This document shows, piece after piece, positions 26,976 through 39,932 of a DNA stretch of 64,000 bases. Under the pieces are notes generated by a model. The model made no database searches and was not told where the DNA came from. It worked only from the letters and a program-made list of their open reading frames with translations. This DNA is from the human T2T-CHM13v2.0 reference genome, Homo sapiens. The position numbers and the translations under genes were made by a program. The first letter of the stretch is position 1. Each line of letters begins with the position of its first letter. Location: the NCBI RefSeq assembly GCF_009914755.1, contig NC_060943.1, one strand, 5' to 3'.

Positions 26976-28419
26976 CCTTCTTGGCACAACAATAATAATG
27001 GAGTGTGTCTTTGTGGGTGCCACACCTGGGTTGCATCTCTCAGAGGCTGGTGAAATCTGTAAGCACCTACACTGCGGTGGGAAAGGCTTGGTTCTTATGC
27101 AGGAAGTGTCACTTCTCAGACCACAGTGCTTTTGATTCCTGTGGTTCTGCATTCATCAGGAGCAGGTGAGGCAAAGCTCTCTGCTTCAGCCCTTCCTGCT
27201 CAAGGCCCTGCCTGAGTCGCTCTTTCTCTCTGGTACTTCTGCAAAGTTTTTTTTGAAAGCTCCTCTTTTCTTCATTGCTCTGTCCTTTCCCAGCCAGTAC
27301 TTTAATTCCCCCAAAGCTAAAACTGACTGTGTCTCTCCCATCTGCACCAGCAATTACTCTGGCCTTGCTTTTATGGTGCTGGGGATGGCAGGATTTCTTC
27401 CTGAAATATCGCTCACCATCCCCAGGCCCATCAAATTGCAGGCGGCCATATTTAGAAGGGATTCGGAGTGGGAACAAGGGGTGTGCGTGAGTGTGGAAGC
27501 CAATATTCCCCTGTCTAATTTATATTTTACATTTCTGTAAAATCATGCTTAGAGTATTTTGGTAATCTCTGCAGAGATTAAGTATAATGCTGTACATTTA
27601 ATTGATATAAGTGGTTTCAATTCTCCTTAATATGACAAATCTCCAGTGTGAAATATTCTTTGTTAATGATCAACATAAAATAGAGTTCATTTTTAATGTG
27701 AGCACAAGATTTGAATTAATTTGTAGCTAAAGCAGGGTTATTAAATTTTGTGTGCATTCTGTGCACAGGCACACGTTCGGTCATACATGTGGACCAGGGC
27801 ATACATGCACGTTATGGGTAACGATGTGAGGTGTGTGCCCCTTCTGGTCTGAGCTGAGGCTGTCTATCCTTCCTCTCTCCCTTTGTCTTAGAAGCAGTAC
27901 AAGAAGGGGCTGCCCCACTGGGGTCTCTATCTCTGCAACTCCTTGGTCTTTGGTACAAAGGGAGCTTCCTGGTGTCCTGGGTTGTCTGGCCTGAGCCTAG
28001 AAGCATGGCAGGTGTCCTATCAAAGCTGGACAGAGTCTGCACAAGCCATAGCAAGGTCATCTCCTCCTCCCAACTGTGTTTCTGACACAGCATTTACTGG
28101 TCTGAAAATTAGCATATTGCTTTACATTATAAAAACCATATGATGGTTAACATCATCCAGGAGAGTTCAATGAAAGTTTTGAGTTGAAAAAGTTTCTTGC
28201 AAAGTCATGTCCAGGGAGAAGGCCCCGGAGCAGAACCCCAGCAGTGCTGATCAAAGCCAAGAGGTTTGCATTCCCTAACCTCAGCTGAATTCAGGGCACA
28301 TATGGGCAAGTGTGCCTTCCCAAGACGCCTGAGTTAGGGAGCATTTACAGAAAGCCAGGGCCATGATCTTTGGCTCTCAGATCCAAGGTAAGGGCACTCT
28401 CAAAAACCACAACTGCCTC

Positions 28420-29054
28420 CGTCAGAGGCGTTCGAACCAGTGCGGCTCCATCTTGAACAGGGGCTGGGTGAAATGAAGCTGAGACCTATTGGGCTGCATT
28501 CCCAGGAGGTTAGGCATTCTATGTCACAGGATGACATACGATAGGAGGTCGGCACAAGATACAGGTCATGAAGGCTTTGCTGATAAACTAGCATGCTGTA
28601 AAGAAACCAGCCAAATCTCACTAAAACTAAGATGGTGACGAGAGTGACCTCTGGTTGTCCTCACTGCTCATTATACACTAATTATAATGCATTAGCATGC
28701 TAAGAGACACTCCCACCAGTGCCATGACAGTTTACAAATGCCATGGCAACATCAGGACGTTACCCTATATCGTCTAAAAAGGGGAGGAACCCTCAGTTCC
28801 AGGAATCACCCACCCTTTTCCTGGAAAACTCATGAATAACCCATGCCTTGTTTAGCAAATAATCAAGAAATAACTATAAGAATCCTTAGTCCAGCAGCCT
28901 AAGCTGCTGCTCTGCCTATGGAGTAGCCATTCTTTTATTCCTTTGCTTTCTTAATAAGCTTACTTTCACTTTATGGATTCACCTTGTATTATTTCTTGCA
29001 TGAGATCCAAGAGCCCTCCCTTGGGGTCTGAATTGGGACCCCTTTCCAGTAACA
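28420..29054 (+). mobile_element. MER41B-like ERV1 solo LTR #1
   Basis: (c)gtcagaggcgttcgaaccag...ctccatcttgaa ... ccctttccagtaaca, ~635 bp; 4-bp TSD cctc at 28416-28419 and 29055-29058. Confidence 0.92.
28797..28826. promoter_or_regulatory. tandem GAS (STAT) motifs in MER41B #1
   Basis: TTCCAGGAA (28797-28805) and TTCCTGGAA (28818-28826), both matching TTCNNNGAA. Confidence 0.7.
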
Positions 29055-30469
29055 CCTCCTCTGCTTTGAGATAACAGAGGGTAATTTTCCTACAACTGTT
29101 AACAGAGAAAGGGGGGAAATAAAAGCTTCAGGGACAAGTGCCAAAGTGAATTTGAATATCGTATAAACCGTGCCTGGGATGAGGCAGCAACTTGCAGGAA
29201 ACATCTGTTCCGACTGGACCCTCCGCTCCTCCTTGCAGCTGGAACACAGAGCTAAGACTCCTTAAACTTTTCCTTTGTGATGCAACCCATGGTGGGGAGA
29301 CAGCTTTCAATATGCAAGCTGACCATGCAGCTCTTCAATATTTCCAGTTTGTAGCCACCTTTTTAATGATGATGGGAACTGAATCCCAAAAACAATGAGA
29401 CCTCCCCACGTGCTCCTAGAGACAAGGCAGGGGTGCAGGAGGCTGCACTTAGGCATGTTAAATTTCTATTGGCTTAAGCAGCTGCAGAAACAATCTTTAA
29501 TCACGTATACAATATTATTGGTGACACCGTGCAATAAAAGGGCTGAATGCTTCATTTTTCTAGATTTCCTTTTATATTTCAAAATCGCTTTTCTTTCAAA
29601 TTATTGTTATCTTATACATTTACTTAAAAGGAATTACTTATGGCTTCACTTTTTTTTTTCTTTTGTTGGCTGACCATTCCTTTTTTAAATTACCACCTCA
29701 CAGGGACTGCAGACTTTCAAACACTTTGCATATGAAATGAAAGGCTTGAGTGTATTATGTTGCAATTTTTAAGAATGGCATAATTTTAATTAGAAATGTA
29801 TAGATGAATAAAAATAATGCTGCTGCACGTTACTAATTAGGTATTTTATTACTCTTTGATTTAAAAAAGAAGTATACCTGGTTCTAAGGAGGCAGTGCCA
29901 TCAGCTTGTTTGAAGCTCCTGGAGAGGAAAAGGGCATGAGGACCGGTGGGGTCATGGTGAAGGGAGGTTGGGGGACCTCTCCCGTGGGAAAGGTTGGGAT
30001 TGAGAAGGAAACATGTGCCCAAAAAAAGACAAATGAAGAGATACTGCTGAGTGCTGTGAAAATGATCTCTCTTTGAAATCAGTCAGCAGCAAACACTCTA
30101 CCATTCTGAGCATCTCACCCCTCTGCTAAGCTATTATCCAGGTAATACTATCCTCACTGAAGCTTTTTTCCCCTTGAAATTTATAGATAAATAAATAAGG
30201 GGCTAGCTCTATAGCACCTGCTGTCTGCTTCAAAAGGAGTCTGTCTTTTGTGTTTAAAGCAGAGACATGTATGATATGTGATTGTCACCTCAGGGCAATC
30301 ATTTTTCCCCTGGTTTCCTGGTTGGCTCAGGTGAGGGTATTCTCCCCAAGCTCAGCTGTGAGCTCTCAGCAAGGCTGGAAACCTGTAGCTCTGCGTTAAG
30401 TCCCTGACCCTGCCTGCCATGCTACCACGCTCCACCTGAGCTGAAGATAGTATGATTCAGCTGTGGCTT

Positions 30470-31096
30470 TGTCAGACGCATTTGAACCAGAGCAACTCCA
30501 TCTTGTATAGACACTGGGTAAAATAAGGCTGAGCTACTGGGCTGCATTCCCAGGAGGTTAGACATTCTAAGTCACAGAATGAGATAGGAGGTTGGCACAA
30601 GATACAGGTCACAAAAACCTTGCTGATAAAACAGGTTGTGTAAAGAAGCTGGTCAAAACCCACCAAAACCAAGATGGTGATGAGAGTGACCTCTGGTTGA
30701 CCTCACTGCTCATTATATGGTAATTATAATGCATTAGCATGCTAAGAGGCACTCCCACCAGCGCCATGACAGTTTACAAATGCCATGGCAACGTCAGAAA
30801 GTTACCCTATACAGTCAAAAAGGGGAGGGACCCTCAGTTCTGGGAATTGCCCACCCTTTCCTGGAAAACTCATGAATAATCCACCCCTTGTTTAGCATAT
30901 AATCAAGAAGGAACAATAAATATAAGCAGCTGAGCGGCCCATGCTGCTGCTCTGCCTATGGAGTAGCCATGTTTATTCCTTTACTTTCTTCATAAACTTG
31001 CTTTCACTTTACTCTATGATTTGCCTTGAATTCTTTCTTGCACGAGATCCAAGAGCCTTCTCTTGGGATTTGGATCAGGACCCCTTTCAGGTAACA
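30470..31096 (+). mobile_element. MER41B-like ERV1 solo LTR #2
   Basis: tgtcagacgcatttgaaccag ... cccctttcaggtaaca; 4-bp TSD gctt at 30466-30469 and 31097-31100; colinear with LTR #1. Confidence 0.92.
30838..30866. promoter_or_regulatory. tandem GAS (STAT) motifs in MER41B #2
   Basis: TTCTGGGAA (30838-30846) and TTCCTGGAA (30858-30866). Confidence 0.7.
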
Positions 31097-32215
31097 GCTT
31101 GATGGTTCAGTTAGTGCTTTTGGTTGCTGACATGGTAAAGCTATGGACCTCCCACTGGTAGGAAGGCTCCTCTCTGGGATGGTGGGTGAACGTGAGCAGA
31201 TCACGGCTGATTCTCTACTTCAACTGCCTTTGCAGCCAGGAGGACCCATGGTGAGAGGCCGTGGCTGTGGTCAAGGACCTCTGTGCCCAAGCAACAAGGC
31301 ACATTTCCTAGACTGAGCAAGAGCAGTCTTTGCGTTGGCCCTGCCAGATGTGTGTGGTTTGCATATGGTCAGGGCAGACCCTCCATCCTGTAAGAAGCAT
31401 AGATTTCTTCTAACTTGCCCAGTTCTGAGCTATCACAATCACTCTCATCTGTGTCGCTGAGCTCTGCTCGGCAAGTGTGGTTCCTCCCAAAGACATCTCA
31501 CCAGGCTGCACCAACGAATGCTAAGTCCATATACTTAGCAGCTTCGGGCTACCAACCTTGGGTTGGTCTTCCCTGAGCCCCTGCATCTGGAGCCAGGTGC
31601 ACTGGAGGAATTATGGGGTTAATAGAGGAACTTCCAGAGTGTGGAACTTCTGCAGAGGGGCATCTTCCAAGAAAAGCAGAGCGGCTTCCCCCATTAGGAA
31701 TGGTTTGTGGCCAGGAATCTCTGGGCTGTCACATCCAATTATGCAGCCTACTAATCAGCAGAGAACTTGGGAACATCCTGACTGGGGAAGTCGGCATCTG
31801 TTCTAAATCTTGCCCTCGGAGCAGGAGCAGTGCCAAATACCACAAAGACTGCTTAGCTGGGTACAAAAGATGCTGTCAACAGGCCAGAAATGGAAAGAAG
31901 TCCTGATTTGATTTGAATGAACTATTTTTTTTAAATGGGATAGGGAAAAAAAAGTAATTGAATTACCTCCAATAAAAATAAGCTCCCACATTCTTTGAGA
32001 AAAAAAAATATACACAAGTTGTGTCTGGTTAGAAATAGAGATATTCACTGCTTTGGTTTCCAGTATAAGTAGCAAAATTCATGACCTCCTCACTCGGGTA
32101 ATAGTTTTAAAAAGCTGTTTCTTTGAGACTGCTTGGCAGGTGATGTATATTTCCCCAAACCTAGGCTCTAACCTACTTTGTCAAACATGTCAATCATTTC
32201 TTCTTTCAGCAATAG

Positions 32216-32666
<451 letters not shown>

Positions 32667-33707
32667 GGTCCGTGGACATCTAACAAGAAAAACAAAAATT
32701 TGTTGAAAGCCTTGACTTGGGTTAAGGCTCTGTGCAGTTGCTGGAAGACCACATTGGCAGAGGGTCATGATGGAGCTCATAGGCTACTTGATGAGATAAA
32801 ACATTCCTGTTTGCAAACTCTCGTAACAATACAAAGGACAAAGGGTGGCTGCATGGGATGGTTCATCCCAGGAAAGGGATGGAAATTATGATCTGCAAAC
32901 GTTCAGAGAAAGGCAGAGTTGGGATGGTCAGGAAGGTCTTCAGAAATGGGATTTGAAGGGTAGGTAGAATGTAGCAAGCTGAGAAGGAAGTGGGCATGGC
33001 TATGAAGGTTGTGTGCTGTGTTCACCCACAAGGCTCCTTGAGAAGGTATTAGTTAAAAAATACTCTAGTTACATGATTTCCAACTTTTCAGTAATAATCA
33101 CAATAAGCCTGTAGTAAAGTTCTAATGGCATTGGTTCCTGGACCTGGTTATATGGCCAGCTTCTTGGTTCCTATTAGCATAAATAAGCTGCACATATGGA
33201 GATGAGGTTGCATGACTTGATGATTTCAGTCAATAAAAAGGCACTGGAATGGACTTTCTGGTTTCTTGATTTGTAAAGAAGGGCGTGGCATGGACCAGGG
33301 GCCATAGCAATGATCTCCACTCTTTATGCAGGGCACACACACGGGGTGAGAAGAGCTCCAGTGTCCTGTCCTAGGCATTGGCAAGCCAGAGGCACTGGGG
33401 AGGGCTGGCCTGTCTCTGGTCTTCCCTGGTTTGCATTGACATGTTGGTTGGCTGCTTTCATATGGGGACATGGAGTCTGATAGCTACATTGCTTCTTTAC
33501 CCCACATAGGGCTTTGGGATCTTTTCAGAAGCTACTGCAAGAGACTGGGCCATGGGCTGACCCTCCCTAGACTTGAAGACATTGCCCTGCTTTTCAGTCT
33601 GTCTCTTTCTCCCTCCTTGCTTTGTTGTTCTAAGACCTCTTGTTCCAAGAAGTTCACATCTTTTCACATCTCTGTCCCAAGCACCCAACATACACTGGAC
33701 AGGGGGA

Positions 33708-34108
33708 TTTTTTTTTAAGAATTTCAACTCTTATTTTAGATTCAGGGGTACAAGTGTAAGCTTGTTGACACGGTTATACACATGATACCGAGGCTTGGGG
33801 TATGATTGAAACTGCGACCTAGGTAGTGAGCATGATGCCCAATAGGTAGTTGTCAACCCTTGTCGCCCTCCCTCCCCCTTCCAATCACTCCCAGTGTTTA
33901 TTGTTTTCATCTTTATGTCCTTGTGTACCCAATGTTTAGCGCCCACTTATGAGTGAGAACATGCAGTTCTCATAACTGCATGCAGGTTTTCTGTTCCTGC
34001 ATTAATTCACTTAGGATAATGGCCTCCAGCTGTGACCATGTTGCTGAAAACGATATGATTTCATTCCTTTTTATGACTGCATAGTATTCCATGGTGTGTA
34101 TGCGCCAC
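33708..34108 (-). mobile_element. L1PA (old, ~PA13-16) 3' end
   Basis: Antisense L1 3'UTR and ORF2 end: ttttagattcaggggtaca...cccacttatgagtgagaacatg...catagtattccatggtgt. Confidence 0.88.
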
Positions 34109-34380
34109 CAAAAGCCTCATCCAAACCATAATGATTTCAAAAAGAGAAAGCAATGCCGGCCCCTTCCGATAAGAAGGAATCAGCACAAGAACTCTGGCAA
34201 TGAAAAAGATCAGAATGTTTTCCTACCTCTAAAGGATTGCACGAGCTCCCCAGCAGTGGATCCTACAACCAGATTTAAATGTCTGAAAAGTCAGGCATAG
34301 AATTCAGAATCTGGAAGGCAAGGAAGTTCAGTGAGATTCAAGAGAAAGTTGAAATTCAATCCAAGGAAGCCAGAAAAACC
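34109..34380 (+). mobile_element. L1PA (old) 5'UTR/ORF1-start fragment, inverted relative to the adjacent 3' end
   Basis: aatcagcacaagaactctggcaa ... catagaattcagaatctgga ... gagaaagttgaaattcaatccaaggaa resembles the ORF1 N-terminal region of old L1PA/PB. Confidence 0.75.
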
Positions 34381-34949
34381 ACAAAGGTCTTATGTTTCTG
34401 AGTGGCAGAAAGAGAGGCTGACCCCAGGTTGCTTCTACTTTCAGCCCTGCAACTGTCCCAATATAGAGACCACTCAGGAGCTGAAATACAAACTCACATC
34501 CAGTTAAACAATTCTCCCATCCATGTCTGAGTCACCTCCCTGGATTTTGTCCTGTAGTTTTATGTACCCTGCGCTTCTCTATGTTCTTTATCAAGCCTGT
34601 CCTCCAGGTAATCAATTGATGCAACGAGTGATTAGCAAGCTGCTCTTCACACTAGCATCCACAGACACCAGTGTCTCTTCCTGGGGCCTTCTCCCTGAGG
34701 ACCAAAGCCAGGACCTTCTTGGAACACACCACTTCCCATGCAGCCTTTCTTGGTGCTGTCTCTGTGTTTCTCACAACCCACAGATCATGGTTTTGGGAAA
34801 CAGTTATTGAGACATCATAGATTGCCGTCACTACTTCTGGAAAATTAGGACCCTACTCCTTTGTTTATAAAATGAAAATAAAATCCTGTTCCATCCATGG
34901 CCCTGCCACTGAGCTACAGCACTCTCATTCCCTGCTGGTCACCATCTCT

Positions 34950-35560
34950 ACCTCTGGATCATGCCATCTCTGTCATTGTAGACTTCAGCTCTTTGTTCAC
35001 AGTTATCTCCATTACCCAGATTCTTCCCAGGACTCCATGTGAATTTGGGATTCTGTATGAATGCTCAGCGCAATGTATGATCCTTTTATCACCTCAACAC
35101 CCTGCACTACAATGGCCATTTTTTCCACCCAGCCCTTGACTACCAGTCCTTACAGATGTACCGTCCTTATCTCTAACTCCAGCCTCTTGATTTCCTAATG
35201 AGCTTGCTTCATTCCTTGGGTCATCATTGTGGTTGGACCTTAGTGAGGTTTCCAGCCCGCTGAGTCCTGCCTTTCTTTCTGTCATTCTTCTCCAGAGCTC
35301 TCTCACTCCCTCCCCCAGCTTTGATTCTAGAGCTCGTCATTTAATAATCTTTTTTGTGGTTTGTCTTTAATGCCTTTGGCCCAGGAAAGGCCCTAATACC
35401 AGAAGAACCTCAGTGTTAATGTCTCTTGTTCTTATAAGCACAGCTGAGTCTTGCTAGAGAAAAATCACAAAACAGGACAGAGTGGTGGTCGAACAAATGT
35501 TGCACAGCAAAGGCAGCTTCATTTGGGCCCCAGCTCTTTTCCACAGCCTGTTATATTTGA
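34950..35560 (+). mobile_element. L2 ORF2 relic
   Basis: cagctgagtcttgctagagaaaaatcacaaaac and surrounding sequence resemble L2 internal sequence. Confidence 0.45.
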
Positions 35561-35850
35561 ACAGTAAAGTTTAGCTACTACCCTATCACACAAATTATTC
35601 TTGCTGAGGTGACTCACAGCCTGTTGGATAAATGACACTAACATGTCAGTCCAGCCCTTTGCCATCTCTCACAGAAGCCCAGTCTGCGGCAGAATTATCT
35701 CACCACCCTCCAGTCCACTATCGGAGTCCTAGAGAATGTTCACCAGTGTTTTCCTGTATTTTCAGGCAAAGTATTTCACCTTACAGCAAGTCCAGAGGAT
35801 GGCAGAGATTCACAGTGGCTTCTCTTACTGACCTAACCTGTCGCTGAGCT

Positions 35851-36234
35851 CTGTCTATAGGAACTGTGCCAGACAGCTCGGTTCTCCTGCTCAGTGATCC
35901 CTCCTGCTCTCCTGCTGGGTCCTCGAGTGGACTTGTTCTCTTCTTCCCTCTTGAATTTAGGCATGGCTCTTTGATTATGTCTGACCCCTAGGCTGTGGCC
36001 AGAACACTATTACTCATGCTGGTCCTTGCAGATCCACCCCTCTTGTGCCATGACATGCACTGCAACAGACTTTGAGATGGAGCCCCCATCAGCCAGGGTC
36101 CCTGGAGAGTACGATGAAAGAGCCCCCTGCTAATGTGCATAAATGGGGAGTAAGAGCAAGAAATATATTTATCTTATTCTTCTATTTCGGTTTTTTGTTA
36201 CTGCAGCATAACTTAGCCTAACTCGACAGATCCA
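35851..36234 (+). mobile_element. MLT1I/J-like MaLR LTR
   Basis: gagatggagcccccatcagccagggtccctg and 3' ttgttactgcagcataacttagcctaactcgacagat. Confidence 0.7.
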
Positions 36235-38576
36235 GAAGCTGCAAAAGTTGACCCTTGAACGGTGTCACAGGTGTCAATCCTATGACCCATTCTGTTGCCA
36301 AAGACCCTTAGCGCTCCCTACTGCCCACTCCTCCCCTGGGGTCCCCCTTCTCTTATGTCTCTCTTATAGCCTGAGATGTCAATCATTCTCTCCTCTGTCT
36401 GCCACGCTGATGATGGTCTTTGAGGAGGGATAACAAGGATCAGTTGAGAGAAGAAACAGAGCAAAATTAGGGCTTAGAGCCCAGCTGTCAATCACAGGGA
36501 TGTCTGGTGCAGGAGACAGAGAGCTGCTGTGGGCACCGTGGCCCCTCCAGTGGGGGCCCACAAGGTGAAGCAGGACTGGAGCAGGGAGTGACGCTGAGAA
36601 TGAGTGGCATCGCCTCTGGGGGAGCTTGCACACCCCTCCCCTCCCAGTGTTCCCCCTCCCACCCCCCCCCGAGTCCTTGAAAAGGGCTTCCGTGGCCTGT
36701 CTCCGCCCCTGCTCTTATTTGCCATCCTCCAAAGAGAAGCTATTAGCCTAGGTAAACACTCCCTCTCCCGAGTGACTTGATCTCTGTACTCCCTGATTCA
36801 GTTCCTTTGCAAGGTAAATAACTATAAATACTAAAACATGTCAATAGCTTTATTAATAAATGACTTCTGGCTATCTTAGAGATTCTGTGCTGTGGGCTTT
36901 TTCACGTATTTTATGTGGCTTAACCATTGCTGGCTGAAGGATGGCTGGAATCTGTCTAGCACATCAGAAATCACAGTACTTAGACTCCCCAAAATGTTGG
37001 CCATTCACGGTGTTAATGCTTTTTTTTCTTGGTATAATTTTTTTTTTCATTTAATTTGGAGCTCACGTAGCTTATACCCCAATGTCAATACCATAAGGCA
37101 CAGTGATTCAGTCATGCCCATGCCCATCTTAGCGTTAGAATTTTAAACTTTCGAACCCTAACTTCTCATCAGAATGAAGCCTAATAAATCCTCCTCCCAA
37201 GAGCATTTTCAAAAATCCTGTGATAAAATACACTTATTTCTCATTTGCAGTTAACTTGAAATAATTTTCATATTTTTTTCCCAAAACTTTATCCTAGTCA
37301 TTTTTTTTGGGAATTATCAAGTTTTCTTCAAGAAAACTGAGAATTGCAATTCTTAAAACCAAGTCAATTTTCTAGATAATGCTTTCTGAAAATCTAACTC
37401 AATGTATCTTTTTGTCTTTTTGTCTGGTTTTGAGTCTCATTTTAGAAGAAGGCCTCCAAGGAACAAGAGTTTCAAAATTTTCCAGAATGAGATTCTCTAT
37501 TTTTCTTGTGGATTTCCCAAGATCCATATGCAGCCTTGGAGCAAACACTGTGAGCCCCATGGTTTTGACCTGGGCAGGTGGGTCTGTCTTCAATGCTCTG
37601 GGCAAGTCTCTGGCTACGCAGAGCTCCGGTTGGAAGTGCAGAGCTCTGACCTGAACTGCACATTGTGGATGTTGTCTGATCTCAGTAGCAACACTGACAG
37701 CGTTCTCAGACACTCACATTTCTGTAGGCAAAGGGGAACTCTTTCTCCAGTGTTTCCTCTGAAGACACTAAGCTGCATCGATGTTTTCTCTTCTTCTTTC
37801 CCATTATCCAGCAGGTTACCCTCAACCTCCTCCCAAGAAAGGAGACTGAATGGAGCACAGAGTTGACCACGTCAGACTCACCTGCGGGTCCTTCAGTTAC
37901 TAGCTCTGCTCTGTAGTGACTCTCCCTAGAAGGCTGGCAGGGGGCAGGTGCCATGAGCTGCCTCTGTCTGGGAGGTAACAGATCTGACTTATGCCATTAA
38001 AGGACACTCTGGTGGATGGACAGATAACTGGGAGGCAGTGGCAAGAGGGGAAGCAGAGAAGTCAATCAGGAGGCTATGGCCATAGCCCAGGTGGAAGATG
38101 GTGGTGCCAGACTTAGTGGGATGGTGAGGAATTTAGAGAGGAGGAGAAGGATGCATTGATTCAAGGGGAACTTTGATATAAATGGCATGAACTTCCTTGC
38201 ATAGACTAAGTGTGGGTGTGACGGGGAGGTAGGAATTAGGTGTGTCCTGTAAACTTTTGGCTTGACCAGCAGGGTACGTGGTAATGTTGAGATGGGGAAA
38301 ATTGGGCAAGAGATAGGTCTGGGTGGAAATAAGTGTTCTAGTTGGTCATGAAGGATTTGTGAAGCTGACAGTGATATTTGTAGCAGAGAATCCAAATAGG
38401 TAGTCACCTGCGACACCTGGGGCTCATAAGAGAGATCAGATCTAGAGATCTAGAGGCACTCTCAAATTGATGAGATTCAAGTCCTTGAACTGGCTGAGAG
38501 AATGACAAGAGGGAATAGAATGTGAGTACAGAGTTAGCTTGAAGATAATAGTTATTCATTTAAATATTACTGTAGT

Positions 38577-38688
38577 CTTTTATTTATTTATTTATTTTTT
38601 AGAAATGGGGTCTCACTGTATTGCCCAGGCTGGTTTCAAACTCCTGTCCTGGCTTCAAGTGATCCTCCTGCTTTGACCTCCCAAAGCG
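38577..38688 (-). mobile_element. FLAM/Alu left-monomer fragment
   Basis: ttttagaaatggggtctcactgtattgcccaggctgg...cctcccaaag. Confidence 0.85.
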
Positions 38689-39024
38689 AATAGAATTATC
38701 AACATTTTAGTCTTTAATTATAGGAGACATGGCTCATTTTCAAAATATTGATCAATAAAATGTAGTTCCCTTTGGACCAACCCTAAATTCCTGTCCTATT
38801 TTCATATTTATTCACCATAACCAGCATTGCATATACCTCCTTTTGGACCTAAAATGGAGTACATACATTTATATGAACATCTAGATATATTTAAATAGCA
38901 TATTTCCATAGAGTACTGTCTTTTATTTTCATTAAATATGTATCTTAGAGATCTTCCCATGTCAATACATATAGATTTAACTTGGTGTTTTAGGGTGTGC
39001 TACTTGATATTTTATAGAAATATA

Positions 39025-39149
39025 TATTTAATAGAGATAGGGTCTTACTACTTTGACCAGGCTGGTCTCGAACTCCCGACCTCAAGCAATTCTCCCATCT
39101 TGGCCTCTCAAAGTGCTAGGATTGCAGGTGTGATCCACCACCACTGGCC
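39025..39149 (-). mobile_element. FLAM_C-like monomer
   Basis: tagagatagggtcttactac...ctcaagcaattctcccatcttggcctctcaaagtgctaggatt...ctggcc. Confidence 0.85.
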
Positions 39150-39503
39150 TGTTACTCCATAGAATTAATGTGCTACAGTTTACCTAACATTTCCCCTACT
39201 GATGGACATTCATATTGTTTCTAATGTTGCGCTTTGCATTCCAACATCTAGAGTTTGTGCGGAGGTCGTGTGGAGCTCATGTGGAGATGGAGGGCCACCA
39301 AAGGACCCTGAGATAGACAGTGTGACTAGAGAGGAGGAGGAGGAAAAAGAGGAACATTTACAATTCTGGAAGCCAAGAGTTGAGAGTATTTTGGAAAGAG
39401 GAAGGGGTCGAATATTTTGAACACCCACGAAAGGTTAAAGAAGTTTAAGATCTAGAAGTATCCATTGAATTGGGGAACATGGAACTCAATGTTGACTTGT
39501 CAA

Positions 39504-39932
39504 GACTGGATTAGGAAAATGTGGCACATATACACCATGGAATACTATGCAGCCATAAAAAATGATGAGTTCATGTCCTGTGTAGGGACATGGATGAAGC
39601 TGGAAACCATCATTCTCAGCAAACTATCGCAAGAACAAAAAACCAAACACTGCATGTTCTCACTCATAGGTGGGAATTGAACAATGGGAACACATGGGAA
39701 CACATTTCCTTTATCTTTACCAAACATGGACACAGGAAGGGGAACATCACACACAGGGGCCTGTTGTGGGGTGGGGGGAGGGGGGAGGGATAGCATTAGG
39801 AAATATACCTAATGTTAAATGACAAGCTAATGGGTGCAGCACACCAACATGGTACATGTATTCATATGTAACTAACTTGCATGTTGTGCACATGTACCCT
39901 AAAACTTAAAGTATAATAAAAGAAAAAAAAAA
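39504..39932 (+). mobile_element. 5'-truncated young L1PA (~PA3-5) 3' end with a 32-bp non-L1 insertion
   Basis: gactggattaggaaaatgtggcacatatacaccatggaatactatgcagcc...gtaccctaaaacttaaagtataataaa + poly-A; encodes ORF2 C-terminus WIRKMWHIYTMEYYAAIK. Confidence 0.95.

Noticed and set aside
28420-31096. Internally deleted MER41 provirus with two LTRs
   Set aside because: Each LTR has its own distinct TSD, and the spacer shows no primer-binding site, polypurine tract or gag/pol similarity.
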